Part shown: piece after piece, positions 19,568 through 29,887 of the stretch
How the letters are laid out: each line of letters begins with the position of its first letter
Position numbering within the stretch: position 1 is the stretch's first letter
From: Nitrospirota bacterium
Lineage (GTDB): Bacteria; Nitrospirota; UBA9217
Assembly: GCA_963840455.1 (NCBI GenBank)
Contig: CAWIYV010000011.1
Coordinates: 224,001 to 288,000 of the forward strand
Direction of reading: 5' to 3'
Length of the DNA stretch: 64,000 nucleotides
Notes under the pieces: model-generated
What the model was told of the DNA's origin: nothing
The model's input: the letters and a program-made list of their open reading frames with translations, nothing else
Database searches by the model: none
Position numbers and translations under genes: made by a program

Positions 19568-19815
19568 GTTCGTTCCCTCCTTTGGGGTGATCTCTTTTTC
19601 TTTCTGACTTAAGCATACCCCCGGATCGAGAAAAAGGAAATTGGGATTAGTTCCTATGCGCTGGGGTAATTGTTCCTAGGAAGAAGTTCGTAGGCCAGAG
19701 GATCATCACGGGCACGAACAGCGCGGGGCCTGCACCCTGACATTGAGCTTCTCTCCTGATTCTGCTAGAGTAAGTACATCAGGCGACCGCATGGGTCCGC
19801 AGGGAAGGACAATCA

Positions 19816-20349
19816 ATGATCGAGGTGCGGGAAGAACAGCAGGAAGATATCGGGGCGGTCCGGAAGGTCAACACGCGCGCCTTTGGCCAGACGGCCGAAG
19901 CGTCCATTGTTGATGCGCTGAGAGAGCACTGCCCCGGCCTTCTTTCGCTGGTGGCGGTGGACAGCGGCCGGATCGTCGGCCACATCCTGTTCAGCCCCGT
20001 TGTGATCGAATGCGAAGGCCGGAACGTTTCCGGCATGGGGCTCGCGCCGATGTCGGTCCTGCCTGAATGCCAACGCCGGGGTATCGGCTCCGCGCTGGTC
20101 AACACAGGCATCGACATGCTCAGGGAACGCCGATGCCCCTTTGTGATCGTGCTCGGCCATTCCGGCTACTACCCCCGCTTCGGGTTTGAACGCGCTTCGC
20201 ACTATGCCATCCGCAGCCAGTGGGAAGGGATCCCCGATGAGGCCTTCATGGTCCTGATGCTCGACAGAACGGCGATGCAGAACATTTCCGGCGTCGCCCG
20301 CTACCGGGCCGAGTTCAATATCCCTGAAGCAAGCTGCAGGGAATCCTAG
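19816..20349 (+). CDS. GNAT N-acetyltransferase (YhbS-like)
   Basis: IVGHILFS, LAP.SV.P..Q.RGIGSAL, VLGH..YYPRFGF. Confidence 0.93.
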   Translation: MIEVREEQQEDIGAVRKVNTRAFGQTAEASIVDALREHCPGLLSLVAVDSGRIVGHILFSPVVIECEGRNVSGMGLAPMSVLPECQRRGIGSALVNTGIDMLRERRCPFVIVLGHSGYYPRFGFERASHYAIRSQWEGIPDEAFMVLMLDRTAMQNISGVARYRAEFNIPEASCRES

Positions 20350-20431
20350 ATCCTCAAGGTGGAACTAATGTATTCTAATCGCTCGCTAACCCCGCAGCAA
20401 GCTACGGGGAATGCGCGCGCTCCTGGATTCA
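20314..20431 (+). mobile_element. ~115-bp two-hairpin element, copy 4, overlapping the GNAT 3' end
   Basis: Consensus match; contains the TAG stop at 20347-20349. Confidence 0.88.
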
Positions 20432-20464
20432 ATGAAGCGGTCTGACGGCAGGGGGGCGCAATCC

Positions 20465-21580
20465 ATGCAGTACCGAAGATCGATCATTGTTGCCTTCATT
20501 ATCAGTGCGGGCATAGTGGCGGTGATCCTGGGCTGCAATCATTATTTTTCCAACGCGGCAGAACCGACGGAGACCATGCGCGCCTCAAAACAGTATTCTG
20601 ACGGGAAATTCCAGAATACCCTACCCACGACCGTGATGAGGGATGGAAAGACCTGGGAGACCTTCATCAAGTTCCTGACCGGCGGCTCAAAGGACCGGGT
20701 TCCTGCGAAGCCCCTACCGGTCGTTTCAATGGAGGGATACGGAAGAAATCCGCCCGCAACAGCCCTCCGCTTTGCCTGGCTGGGCCATTCGAGCGTGCTC
20801 GTGGAACTGGACGGCAAGAGGTTCCTTTTTGACCCAGTCTTCTCGGAGCGCGCCTCCTTCCTTTCCTGGATGGGACCAAAGAGGTTCCAGCCGGCCCCCT
20901 TGACCGCGAAAGACATGCCGCCCCTCGACGCCGTCCTCCTGTCCCATGATCATTACGACCATCTGGACAAGGCCACGATCCTTTCCTTATTAGGCAAGAC
21001 CGGGCAGTTTTGCGTGCCGCTGGGTGTGGCAGCGATCCTGGAAGGCTGGGGCGTCCCGAAGGCAAAGATCGTCGAGCTCGATTGGTGGGACGAGCGCAGC
21101 GTCAACGGCATGATGCTCGTTGCGACACCGGCGCGTCACTTTTCCGGGAGAGGGCTGTTCGACCGGTTCAGTACCCTCTGGTGTTCCTGGACCTTGATCG
21201 GAAAGACCGGCAGGATCTTCTTCAGCGGCGACACCGGTATGACGCCGGAGTTCAAGGACATCGGTAATAGATACGGCCCCTTCGACGTCACGTTCATCAA
21301 GATCGGCGCCTTCAACGACAACTGGCCGGACGTCCACCTGGATCCAGAGCAGGCGCTCAAGGCGCATAGGGACCTCGGCGGCCGCGCCTTTGTCCCGATC
21401 CACTGGGGGACATTTGATCTCGGGCTCCACAGCTGGTACGAACCGATCGAGCGGCTGGTGAAGACAGCGGGAGCGGAGAACGTGAAGATCATCACTCCGA
21501 AGATCGGAGAGGTCGTCGATGGGGAGAACTACGAGAATACCTTCTGGTGGAGACCGTCGATGCCGGAAGGGACGATATGA
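20465..21580 (+). CDS. MBL-fold metallo-hydrolase (NAPE-PLD/RomA-like)
   Basis: WLGHSS, DPVFSER, SHDHYDHLD, PARHFSGR, GDTG, PIHWGTF. Confidence 0.93.
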   Translation: MQYRRSIIVAFIISAGIVAVILGCNHYFSNAAEPTETMRASKQYSDGKFQNTLPTTVMRDGKTWETFIKFLTGGSKDRVPAKPLPVVSMEGYGRNPPATALRFAWLGHSSVLVELDGKRFLFDPVFSERASFLSWMGPKRFQPAPLTAKDMPPLDAVLLSHDHYDHLDKATILSLLGKTGQFCVPLGVAAILEGWGVPKAKIVELDWWDERSVNGMMLVATPARHFSGRGLFDRFSTLWCSWTLIGKTGRIFFSGDTGMTPEFKDIGNRYGPFDVTFIKIGAFNDNWPDVHLDPEQALKAHRDLGGRAFVPIHWGTFDLGLHSWYEPIERLVKTAGAENVKIITPKIGEVVDGENYENTFWWRPSMPEGTI

Positions 21581-21652
21581 CCCAAAGTGGTGCCGTTAAT
21601 ACGTCCGATCAGACCCGGTCTGAGAAGGACATCGCTCCTCTATACGGACAGG

Positions 21653-21889
21653 TCACGTACCCGGCCGCGCCGGGATGCGGCCCTGCTCCCTCAGGCATCC
21701 AAGGATACGGGGCGTACAGCGCTCCCCCTTGCAGGGACCGCTCCCTGCGCCGGTCGCTTTCTTCAGTTCGTCGACCGTTGCCAAGCCGGCCTTGATCTTC
21801 TCCAGGATCGTCTTCTTCTTGATCCCCTTGCAGATGCATACCGGCTTGAGACCTTCGATGATCTCCTGCTCTTTCCTTGATCTATCCAT
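21653..21889 (-). CDS. BFD-like [2Fe-2S]-binding protein
   Basis: VCICKGI ... TGAGSGPC.G.RC.P.I. Confidence 0.85.
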   Translation of the reverse strand: MDRSRKEQEIIEGLKPVCICKGIKKKTILEKIKAGLATVDELKKATGAGSGPCKGERCTPRILGCLREQGRIPARPGT

Positions 21890-21976
21890 CTTCGCGTTAC
21901 GCGTCCGTGGGGCCGGAACAGGGCCGCCTGCTGGACATTGATTTTCGTTGAGCTGGTCCCCAGCTCACTTCGAGCC

Positions 21977-22162
21977 TCATGCCGGCCCGCAGTTGAGGTC
22001 ACAGGACTTTGCCGCGGCCTTCTTCTCGTCCTCCGGGAGGTGGCATTTCTTGTACTTCCTCCCGCTCCCGCACCAGCAGTCATCGTTCCGGCCCGGCTTT
22101 GCCACGCGGGCTTCCGGGTCCTTCCCGGCGAACGCGCCCATCATCCGATCAAGCAGTTTCAT
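21977..22162 (-). CDS. SEC-C metal-binding domain protein
   Basis: GRNDDCWCGSGRKYKKCH; AGGAG RBS. Confidence 0.85.
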   Translation of the reverse strand: MKLLDRMMGAFAGKDPEARVAKPGRNDDCWCGSGRKYKKCHLPEDEKKAAAKSCDLNCGPA

Positions 22163-22264
22163 TGCGTCTCCTGAAGATGAAGTTCCCTCGTTCAAAATAA
22201 TACCATGGAAGGCTGAAAAAACCGAGCGAAAGGATCCTGGAGCGACCACATTCCCCGCAGGGCG

Positions 22265-22672
22265 CTACCTGCTTCCCGGTGCGCCGGCCGACCTTCGATA
22301 CTGGTCGATCACCGGGAGGTCGGCCTCGGCCCAATCAAGGGTATGCAGTTCAGCAGGCAGCAGCCACGCAAGGGCCGCGTGTTCGTGGAGCGTGATATCA
22401 CCGGCAACGACCCTGCACCGGAAGGGGTACAGGGTGACCGTGAACGCCCGATAGCGATGGGTCGTCGGTGCAAGCGGCGGTCCCACGCTGATCTCGATCC
22501 CCAGTTCTTCGCGCAATTCCCGTTTGAGACATGCAGAAGCGCTCTCCCCGTCCTTGATCTTGCCGCCGGGGAATTCCCATTTGAGCGGCAGGCTCATGGA
22601 CCCGCTCCGCTGGGTGGCGAGCACCTTTCCGCCCTGTTCGATGATGGCGCAGGCGACGTGGTAGTGGTTCAT
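22265..22672 (-). CDS. Nudix hydrolase (MutT/NudG-like)
   Basis: WEFPGGK...GES...L.RELREELGI Nudix box. Confidence 0.93.
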   Translation of the reverse strand: MNHYHVACAIIEQGGKVLATQRSGSMSLPLKWEFPGGKIKDGESASACLKRELREELGIEISVGPPLAPTTHRYRAFTVTLYPFRCRVVAGDITLHEHAALAWLLPAELHTLDWAEADLPVIDQYRRSAGAPGSR

Positions 22673-22953
22673 GGCAGGATACGTGGACAGAAGACCGACG
22701 GCATGACCGAACGCGGCATAGGGGAAGCATCCTCCCGGGAGCAATGCTCCAAGCCCCGGGAGGGATATCGTCTAGTTCACCGGCTTTGAATGGCACCGGT
22801 TACCGTCTTCCGGCGGAACGCTACGGTGGCGTGGTAGACGCCCAGAAATTTTTCGTCTTGGTTCGGAGATGGCTGTTCTAAACGTTCCATGGTTAAACCA
22901 ATGCTTCGCCGGCGGTCAAGTCTCTAGTACACCGGTCACGGAGCCTTCTTCGC

Positions 22954-23301
22954 CTAAAGCGTGAGCGGCACCCCTTTCCGCACGGAATCGAAATACCGGT
23001 CCAGGAGCTCCTTGATGTCGCCGCGGTAGTTCTTTGCGAGGAAATAATAGACCTTGTTCTCCAGTTCATCGGACGCGCTGATCTTCAGACTGAAGGACTT
23101 CGACGCAATGTAGTATTCCAGATTGGCGTTCAGGAGCGGGAACAGGGCGCTCTTGCCCCGGATATACCGCGCCCGGTACCCGAAGTCCCGGGAGGCTTCG
23201 GGGTCAGCATATGCCAGCAGGAACCCTGCGTCAGCAAGCGCAGTATCAAGTTCTGCGGTCTTGAACGCCAGTTCTTCGGTGCTCGTCTTCTTCGCTTCCA
23301 T
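22954..23301 (-). CDS. Hypothetical protein
   Basis: AAGGA RBS; follows the methyltransferase stop by 2 bp. Confidence 0.65.
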   Translation of the reverse strand: MEAKKTSTEELAFKTAELDTALADAGFLLAYADPEASRDFGYRARYIRGKSALFPLLNANLEYYIASKSFSLKISASDELENKVYYFLAKNYRGDIKELLDRYFDSVRKGVPLTL

Positions 23302-23303
23302 GG

Positions 23304-23879
23304 TCAGTTCCTTTCCATAAGAGCGGCCCTGCTGAGCCGGACGGCCGGAGCGCCGCTATACCGGAACCCGGCATCGCATGCCGCCTGCACGATCTCGTGG
23401 AACCTTCGCCGGCCCACATGCATTTTCGGCTCGGCAATGAGCATTGTTCCCTGCTCCTTCAGGATCGAGAAGACCTGGTTGAAGAACCTCCGGGTGTCCT
23501 CCGTCTCATGCGCCATCCAGAACGCCAGGACGAAATCCACGGGCTCTCTGAATCCAAGGTCGTCGTGCGCCGCGAGCACGGGTCTGATGCACCGGGCCAC
23601 GCCGGCCCTCTCCGCCCGTTTCCGTGTCCTATCGGGCACCTCCTGCTGGACGTCCACAGCGATGACCGTTCCGGCATCGCCCACGAGCGCGGCCAGCGCG
23701 ATCGAAAAATATCCCATGCCGCAACCGATGTCCGCCACGATCATCCCTTCGCGGACATGGGGGGAAAGCAGTGTCGCGGGATCGTGCAGGAATCGGCGCA
23801 GGGGGTTGTCAAAGGTGTAGGCAAGCCACCACGGGCAGATGCGGTCGTCCCGGAGGAGCAGGCTTTTGAGCGATCTCAC
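23304..23879 (-). CDS. Class I SAM-dependent methyltransferase
   Basis: CPWW..YTFDNPLR; ADIGCGMG; VIAVD; GTG start after GGAGG. Confidence 0.9.
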   Translation of the reverse strand: MRSLKSLLLRDDRICPWWLAYTFDNPLRRFLHDPATLLSPHVREGMIVADIGCGMGYFSIALAALVGDAGTVIAVDVQQEVPDRTRKRAERAGVARCIRPVLAAHDDLGFREPVDFVLAFWMAHETEDTRRFFNQVFSILKEQGTMLIAEPKMHVGRRRFHEIVQAACDAGFRYSGAPAVRLSRAALMERN

Positions 23880-24040
23880 CACGGCCCTCCCTCGTGCATA
23901 GGCGGAGAATAGCATAGAAGAGGAGGAAAATAAAGAGAGATGAATTTTCTTCACTCCCGTGCCATTTTTGGTATAAAATATTAGTATTAAAGAGTATGGC
24001 CATCATGGCAGTATCCGGCATGGTGCAGGAGAGTGGAATA

Positions 24041-24457
24041 TTGACCGAGAAAGACAAAAAAAACCGGGGGATCGCCCGGCACCGCAGCAGGACGCAGCGT
24101 TCCTGCTCCCTGGGCAGTGTGTCAGGCAGCAGCCATGAGAGGACCGACCACGTCGTCCGCGTCGTGGATCTCAGTGTCATCGGAGTGGGGATCGAGTCGT
24201 CCGAGCGGATCGAGCCCGGATTCGTCTGGTTCAAGGAGCGCGTGGGAGGCCACAAGTACGGCGTTCTCACCTGGAGCAGGAAAAGCGGCGATCATTACCG
24301 GGCAGGAATAACGTTCGTAACGCTGTCCCGCACCAATGAACTGTATGTACAGGACCAGGCAAGACATTCACCGCCGCTCGAACCGTTCCGCGACCCTCTG
24401 CAGGTCATCGAAACCATTATCGCGTCCGTCAGGAAGGATCCCGGAAGCAACAACTGA
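24041..24457 (+). CDS. PilZ-like domain protein, paralog 1
   Basis: RHSRR-type motif (RHRSR); DLSVIG; GFVWFKERVGG; YRAGI.F; TTG start after GGAG (start uncertain). Confidence 0.75.
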   Translation: MTEKDKKNRGIARHRSRTQRSCSLGSVSGSSHERTDHVVRVVDLSVIGVGIESSERIEPGFVWFKERVGGHKYGVLTWSRKSGDHYRAGITFVTLSRTNELYVQDQARHSPPLEPFRDPLQVIETIIASVRKDPGSNN

Positions 24458-24505
24458 AACACCGGCAGCCGGTCTCCCAGGATCGCACAGACGATCGCAA
24501 TAGTA

Positions 24506-24621
24506 TTGAAGCTCCCTGCAGCAAGCTGCAGGGAATCTTCGATCCTTAAGGAAGTATCGTTATTCTAATCGCTCGCTAACCCAGCAGCAAGCTGCGGGGA
24601 ATGCGCTCGCGCGTGGATTCA
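24506..24621 (+). mobile_element. ~115-bp two-hairpin element, copy 5
   Basis: TTGAAGCTCCCTGCAGCAAGCTGCAGGG...GGATTCA. Confidence 0.9.
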
Positions 24622-24714
24622 TGAATGGACCCGCTCCAGAGGGTCGAATGATTGTATATTTGAAGTATTCTTGGTTGATGATAATTCCTCTTTTCTCAGT
24701 CGGGCAGGCGCACC

Positions 24715-25149
24715 ATGAGAACCAGTGATAAGATTACCGGCATCGATAAGCGGAACGAACTGCGTCAGGCAGACAGGTATCCGCTGGCTGTACAGCGGGA
24801 CTGTGCGATGTGCATCATCACCTTCAAGGACCTTGCGTGGAAGGACCACGTCGCCTCCCTGAAGGACATCAGCATGAACGGCGTCGGGGTCGAAGCGGAG
24901 ACGCGGATCGATACCGGTTTCGTATGGTTCCGTGACCGCGTTGGCGGACACCGCGGCGGCGTACTGATGTGGAGCAGGCAGGTCGGCTATAATTACCGCG
25001 CGGGGATCCAGTTCGTCCCGCTCTCCCGAGACGCAGAGGAGTTCGTTAACAGCCAGGTAAGTCTCCTGCGCGACCACAAGCCTCTTAGCGATCCCACAGC
25101 GATCATATCGACGATCATGGGGTCCATGGGCAGGACCCGAAAGAACTAG
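24715..25149 (+). CDS. PilZ-like domain protein, paralog 2
   Basis: RQADR and DISMNG canonical c-di-GMP motifs. Confidence 0.8.
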   Translation: MRTSDKITGIDKRNELRQADRYPLAVQRDCAMCIITFKDLAWKDHVASLKDISMNGVGVEAETRIDTGFVWFRDRVGGHRGGVLMWSRQVGYNYRAGIQFVPLSRDAEEFVNSQVSLLRDHKPLSDPTAIISTIMGSMGRTRKN

Positions 25150-25394
25150 ACGTCCGTCCGCGGGCAGCCTTGGGCTGAGCCCATCCGAGAGCTCCCCGCA
25201 CCTCGATCCTTCTGCCCCCCACAGGACCCCTCGAAGACCGGAAACGGAGAACGCTGAAGCCCGCCAACATTGCCGTGCTGTTGCCACGGCGCAAAACCAA
25301 GCATATCGGAAGAACAGAACATAACCGTTTACCTGGTCCCGCTTTTATGCTATAAGGTTTCAAGTGCGACATCCGCTCTCCGAGGAGCAGGGCC

Positions 25395-25910
25395 ATGGAT
25401 GTGACCAGACAATCCCACCGGTACCACGTTGACAAGCGGCGTGAATTCTCCCTCTGCATCATTCCGTTCAAGAGTCTTGTGTGCGCGGTCGCTGTCGCAC
25501 ATGTCGTGGACCTCAGCAGGTACGGTTTGGGAATAGAATCCGATCAGCAGCTGGAACCCGGTTTCGTCTGGTTCAAGGACCGGATCGGAGGGTTCAAGGG
25601 TGGCCTGCTCGTCTGGGCCAAGAAGGTCGGCACAAAATACCGCGCCGGCATCAAATTCGTGCCCCTGTCCCGCGACAAGGAACTGCTCGTACAGGGTCGG
25701 ATCGATGCGATACGGCCGCTCCAGCCGCTCCACAATCCCGAGGTAATCATCTCCACGATCCTCGAATCGATGACGCGGGACCAGACAGGAGGGCAGACAA
25801 CGCCGGACCAGGCCGCGCCCGAAGACCTGAAAGCGCTGCGCTCCGGCGAAAAAACGCCGACCGAAGAGGACCTCATCGCCCAGCTCCGCGCCATGCTCAC
25901 CTCGCTCTAG
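25395..25910 (+). CDS. PilZ-like domain protein, paralog 3
   Basis: RQSHR and DLSRYG; GAGGAG RBS. Confidence 0.8.
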   Translation: MDVTRQSHRYHVDKRREFSLCIIPFKSLVCAVAVAHVVDLSRYGLGIESDQQLEPGFVWFKDRIGGFKGGLLVWAKKVGTKYRAGIKFVPLSRDKELLVQGRIDAIRPLQPLHNPEVIISTILESMTRDQTGGQTTPDQAAPEDLKALRSGEKTPTEEDLIAQLRAMLTSL

Positions 25911-26153
25911 GACCCTCGACCCCCTTCACGAAGCTTTCCGCAACGTTGTACGATGCCATGCACTGATTGTCCGCCCCGCTGCCCTGCCTATCAGGGACCG
26001 TTTAGAGAGAGGCTTCGCTGAAGCATGGCTGCCGGAAGGCGCTATTTTTGTGAGCGATGGAGGTCTGACCCGAAGGGCGAGGAATGCACGTCGTGGCAAA
26101 GCGTAAGAGACCAGCGACCCGGCCTTAGAGCGGAAGGTGAGGTTGCCGAGGAA

Positions 26154-26915
26154 TCACTGCTGAGCGATCTCGTCGTGGATGTACAGCCTGAGGAATTCCT
26201 GGTCCCGCGGGGCGATGCGCGCGAACTTGACCCCCATGCCGGGCTCACCGATGTTCCCTTCGTTGAGCCGGTGACGGTAAAGGACCACGGCATCGGCCGC
26301 AATGGTCCTGCCCTTCACGGAGATCTGAACGGCGAGGCGGGCGTTCGGGGGATGCGGTTTCAGCGTGCGGATATACATACCGTGCTCGGAAATGACCAAC
26401 GCGCACTCGCCTTTGACACCATCGAGGGGCGCATTGTCCACGATGACAGGCATCTGTGTGCGGACGCGCAGGCTCGCCCGCGTCACCGGCTCGATCGCTG
26501 TCTGTATGGTCCGGTACAGCTCCTCAAGCCCTACCGGCGTCCCGAGAAAGGCAGAGAAGCCCGCACGCAGGCACCGGATCTCGGCCCTTTGGTCCCTGTT
26601 CGCCGCAAGGGCGATGACAGGGATATCGGCGGTGCGCGGCTCCTGCTGGATGCGGGACAGCAGGTCGAGGCCGCTCATTCCCGGAAGGTCCAGCTCAGCG
26701 ATGATGAGAGCCGGGGGTTCGGAAGCGATCATATCGAGGGCATCCTCGGCATTGGAAGCCGTACAGACGCGGTATTCGAACCTCTGGAGGAGCTTGGCGT
26801 GGAACGCGCGCCGATGGGCGTCATCATCGACCACCATCAGAAGGCGTCTTTTGCTTTTTGGTGCATTTCCGGTGTTTGCGTTCATGCCCGTTGCCATAGT
26901 CCTAAGCACGTTCAT
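26154..26915 (-). CDS. Atypical receiver-PilZ protein
   Basis: REC with D-to-E (IIAELDLP); RASLR, ISEHG, GMGVKF; paralog of 12331-13047. Confidence 0.85.
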   Translation of the reverse strand: MNVLRTMATGMNANTGNAPKSKRRLLMVVDDDAHRRAFHAKLLQRFEYRVCTASNAEDALDMIASEPPALIIAELDLPGMSGLDLLSRIQQEPRTADIPVIALAANRDQRAEIRCLRAGFSAFLGTPVGLEELYRTIQTAIEPVTRASLRVRTQMPVIVDNAPLDGVKGECALVISEHGMYIRTLKPHPPNARLAVQISVKGRTIAADAVVLYRHRLNEGNIGEPGMGVKFARIAPRDQEFLRLYIHDEIAQQ

Positions 26916-26918
26916 GTA

Positions 26919-27000
26919 TTGAAGCTCTCTGCAGCAAACTGCAGGGGACCTTCGATCCTCAAGGCAGTAGAGGAATTCTCATCGCTCGCTGCTTGATCCA
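26919..27000 (+). mobile_element. Two-hairpin element, internally deleted copy 6 (a further fragment lies at ~27128-27157)
   Basis: Left hairpin and CATCGCTCGCT are retained and the second hairpin is lost. Confidence 0.75.
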
Positions 27001-27325
27001 TGAGGACACCATACCATAGAAGGGAACGGAAAGGAAGTCCGCCGAAAGGGTGTTTTTAGGGGATGACGAGGCCTCGGCACAGGTGATCCCGTTGAAGGTA
27101 TGCAAGGCTATCTAACGATACCGAATTCGCTCACGAACGCCGCAGCAAGCTGCAGGGTCCCTGGGAGGAGTGTGGAACAGACAGCAGAGAACAAAAGCGT
27201 GGGCATCAGTGGCAACATCGTCCGCGAACCCCTTATGCCCTTCGAAAAAAATGCCTGATGATTTCATTTGCCTCCCCGGCAGGTTTACGGTAATATACGC
27301 GTTCGCCGCAATGCGGCACCGCGCC

Positions 27326-29191
27326 ATGCTCCAGGTCACGAACATAGAAAAATCCTACGGCAAGCAGCTGCTCTTCGACGGAGTCGGCTTTACGATCAAT
27401 CCGCGCGAGCGCGTCGGCCTTGTCGGCAGGAACGGCCACGGCAAGTCTACGCTCTTCCGCATGATCCTCGGCGAAGAGCACCAGGACGCCGGTACGATCA
27501 CCGTACCCTCGGGCTACACCATCGGCCATCTGTCCCAGCACATCCATTTCACCGAGGATACGGTCCTCGGGGAGGCATGCCTGGCCCTGCCCGCGAACGA
27601 GGACCATATCGACGAGTCCTACAAGGCAGAGGCCATCCTGCACGGTCTCGGCTTCACGAACGAGGATTTCGACAACCACCCCTCATCGCTGTCCGGCGGC
27701 TACCAGGTGCGGCTGAACCTGGCCAAGGTGCTCGCGTCCGAACCAAACCTCCTGCTGCTCGACGAACCCACCAACTACCTCGACATCGTCTCGGTCCGCT
27801 GGCTCACCCAGTTCCTGCGGGCGTGGCGGAACGAGCTCATTATCATCACCCACGACCGCGACTTCATGGACAGCGTGACGACCCATACCATGATCATCCA
27901 CCGCTACAAGATGCGGAAGGTCGCCGGCGGCACGCAGAAGCTGTACGACCAGATCCTGATGGAAGAGGAGATCTACGAAAAGACCCGCCAGAACGACGAG
28001 AAGAAGCGAAAAGAGGTCGAGCAGTTCATCAACCGGTTCCGCGCCCAGGCAACCAAGGCGAGCGCCGTGCAGTCGCGCATCAAGGCCCTTGCCCGGCACG
28101 AAAAGCTCGACAAGCTCGACGAGATAAGGTCGCTCGATTTCAAGTTTCGCTCCGCGCCCTTTGAAGCGAAATGGCTGATGACCGTGGAGAACCTGTCCTT
28201 CTCCTTCTCCCCGGACTCTCCGAAGCTGATCGAGGGCTTGAGCTTCGGCGTCGGGAAGAAGGACCGCATCGCGGTCATCGGAAAGAACGGCAAGGGGAAG
28301 ACCACGCTCCTGAACCTGCTGGCGCGGGAGATGTCCCCCACGGCTGGCGATGTCAAGCTCCACCCCAACACCAAGATCGCCTATTTCGGCCAGACGAACA
28401 TCAACCGCTTGCGGCCCGACAAGACCGCGCTGCAGGAGATCATGGACGCGCATCCGGACTACGCCCAGGGCGAATCCCGGGCCATCTGCGGCCTCATGAT
28501 GTTCGAGGGAGACAATGCCCTCAAGAAGGTGAGCGTGCTCTCGGGCGGGGAGAGGAGCCGGGTGCTGCTCGGCAAGCTGCTGGTCTCACCGGCGAACCTG
28601 CTCATGCTCGACGAGCCGACGAACCACCTCGACATGGAATCCATCGACTCGCTGATCGAGGCGATCGAAGCCTTCGACGGCGCGGTCATCATCGTGACCC
28701 ACAGCGAGCTGATCCTCGAGGCTGTGGCGACCAAGCTCATCGTTTATGACAATGATGTGGTTTCGGTCTTCGAAGGCACGTACCTCGACTTCCTCGAACG
28801 CGTCGGATGGAGCGATGAGGGCGGCGTACGCGTGAAGAAGGGAAAGAAGCAGGAAGCGGAAAAGAATGTGAACCGGAAGGATGTGAAGAAGCAGCGCGCC
28901 TCCATCGTATCGGAAAAATCAAAGGCCCTCGGCGCGCTGAAAAAAAAGATCGCCGCTCTCGAAGAGGAGATCACGAAACTGGAGTTCGATGTCGAGCAGG
29001 ACACCCAGCGGCTGACGGAGGTCACGATCAAGGGCGAGGCGCTGGCCATCAAGCGCTTGTCGCAGGCCATCCGCGAGAACAAGGCCCGCATCGATGCGAG
29101 GTTCGCCGAGCTCGAAACCGCGACGAACGAGCACGACGCGAAGGCACAGGAGTTCGATCAGCAGATTGCGGAACTGGCGGAGACGACGTAG
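27326..29191 (+). CDS. ABC-F family ATPase
   Basis: Two NBDs (GRNGHGKST, GKNGKGKTT, LSGG, DEPTN), no TM segments, C-terminal coiled coil. Confidence 0.95.
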   Translation: MLQVTNIEKSYGKQLLFDGVGFTINPRERVGLVGRNGHGKSTLFRMILGEEHQDAGTITVPSGYTIGHLSQHIHFTEDTVLGEACLALPANEDHIDESYKAEAILHGLGFTNEDFDNHPSSLSGGYQVRLNLAKVLASEPNLLLLDEPTNYLDIVSVRWLTQFLRAWRNELIIITHDRDFMDSVTTHTMIIHRYKMRKVAGGTQKLYDQILMEEEIYEKTRQNDEKKRKEVEQFINRFRAQATKASAVQSRIKALARHEKLDKLDEIRSLDFKFRSAPFEAKWLMTVENLSFSFSPDSPKLIEGLSFGVGKKDRIAVIGKNGKGKTTLLNLLAREMSPTAGDVKLHPNTKIAYFGQTNINRLRPDKTALQEIMDAHPDYAQGESRAICGLMMFEGDNALKKVSVLSGGERSRVLLGKLLVSPANLLMLDEPTNHLDMESIDSLIEAIEAFDGAVIIVTHSELILEAVATKLIVYDNDVVSVFEGTYLDFLERVGWSDEGGVRVKKGKKQEAEKNVNRKDVKKQRASIVSEKSKALGALKKKIAALEEEITKLEFDVEQDTQRLTEVTIKGEALAIKRLSQAIRENKARIDARFAELETATNEHDAKAQEFDQQIAELAETT

Positions 29192-29275
29192 TCAAGAAGA
29201 CTGTCTCCCCTGGCGGCAACCCTAAGGACCGGTTTGATCCTGGCTATCCTTTATTTTCTCCTCGAACAAAGAATA

Positions 29276-29758
29276 CTACTCCACAAGATAGGCTGTAATG
29301 AACACCCCGACCATCGCCAGGGTCAGCGCGATCTTCATGGCCGCGCCGAGGACGAGGCCGAACAGTGTGCCGTACCCCACTTTCCCCGCCCTGACAAGAT
29401 CGCGTTTCGCAAGGAACTCTCCTGCCGCAGCGCCCACAAAGGGGCCGACGAAGATTCCGATGATGCCGAAGAAGATCCCCACGATGGTGCCGATCGTCGC
29501 GCCGATGACGGCCTGTTTGCTCGCTCCCGCTTTTTTCGCTCCCGCCCCCGTTGCCACGATGTCAGCAACAAAGGACAGTGCTGTCAGGACACCGAGCACG
29601 GTGAGCGGCGCCCAGCCCACTTTCTCGAATCCGTCGATCCACGCCGCCAGGAGCATCCCTCCAAAGATCAGCACCGGGCCCGGTAGGACAGGAGCCACCG
29701 TACCGATGATACCGGCAACCACCAAGACAACAGCGACAGCCCAGAGAAGCACGATCAT
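29276..29758 (-). CDS. DUF456 family membrane protein
   Basis: G..G...PVLPG; GAKKAGAS..A..GA.IG; GPFVGA..GE. Confidence 0.9.
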   Translation of the reverse strand: MIVLLWAVAVVLVVAGIIGTVAPVLPGPVLIFGGMLLAAWIDGFEKVGWAPLTVLGVLTALSFVADIVATGAGAKKAGASKQAVIGATIGTIVGIFFGIIGIFVGPFVGAAAGEFLAKRDLVRAGKVGYGTLFGLVLGAAMKIALTLAMVGVFITAYLVE

Positions 29759-29887
29759 GTGCGCATCCCTCCCTCTCTGTTCATGAGACATGACGAAAGG
29801 GCGATCATGTCCGTATGGCGATAGCGCCTCAATTCTGCCGATGACAAGCAGGTCAACGCAAAGGCGAATTCGAGAGGCCCCCGTCCC

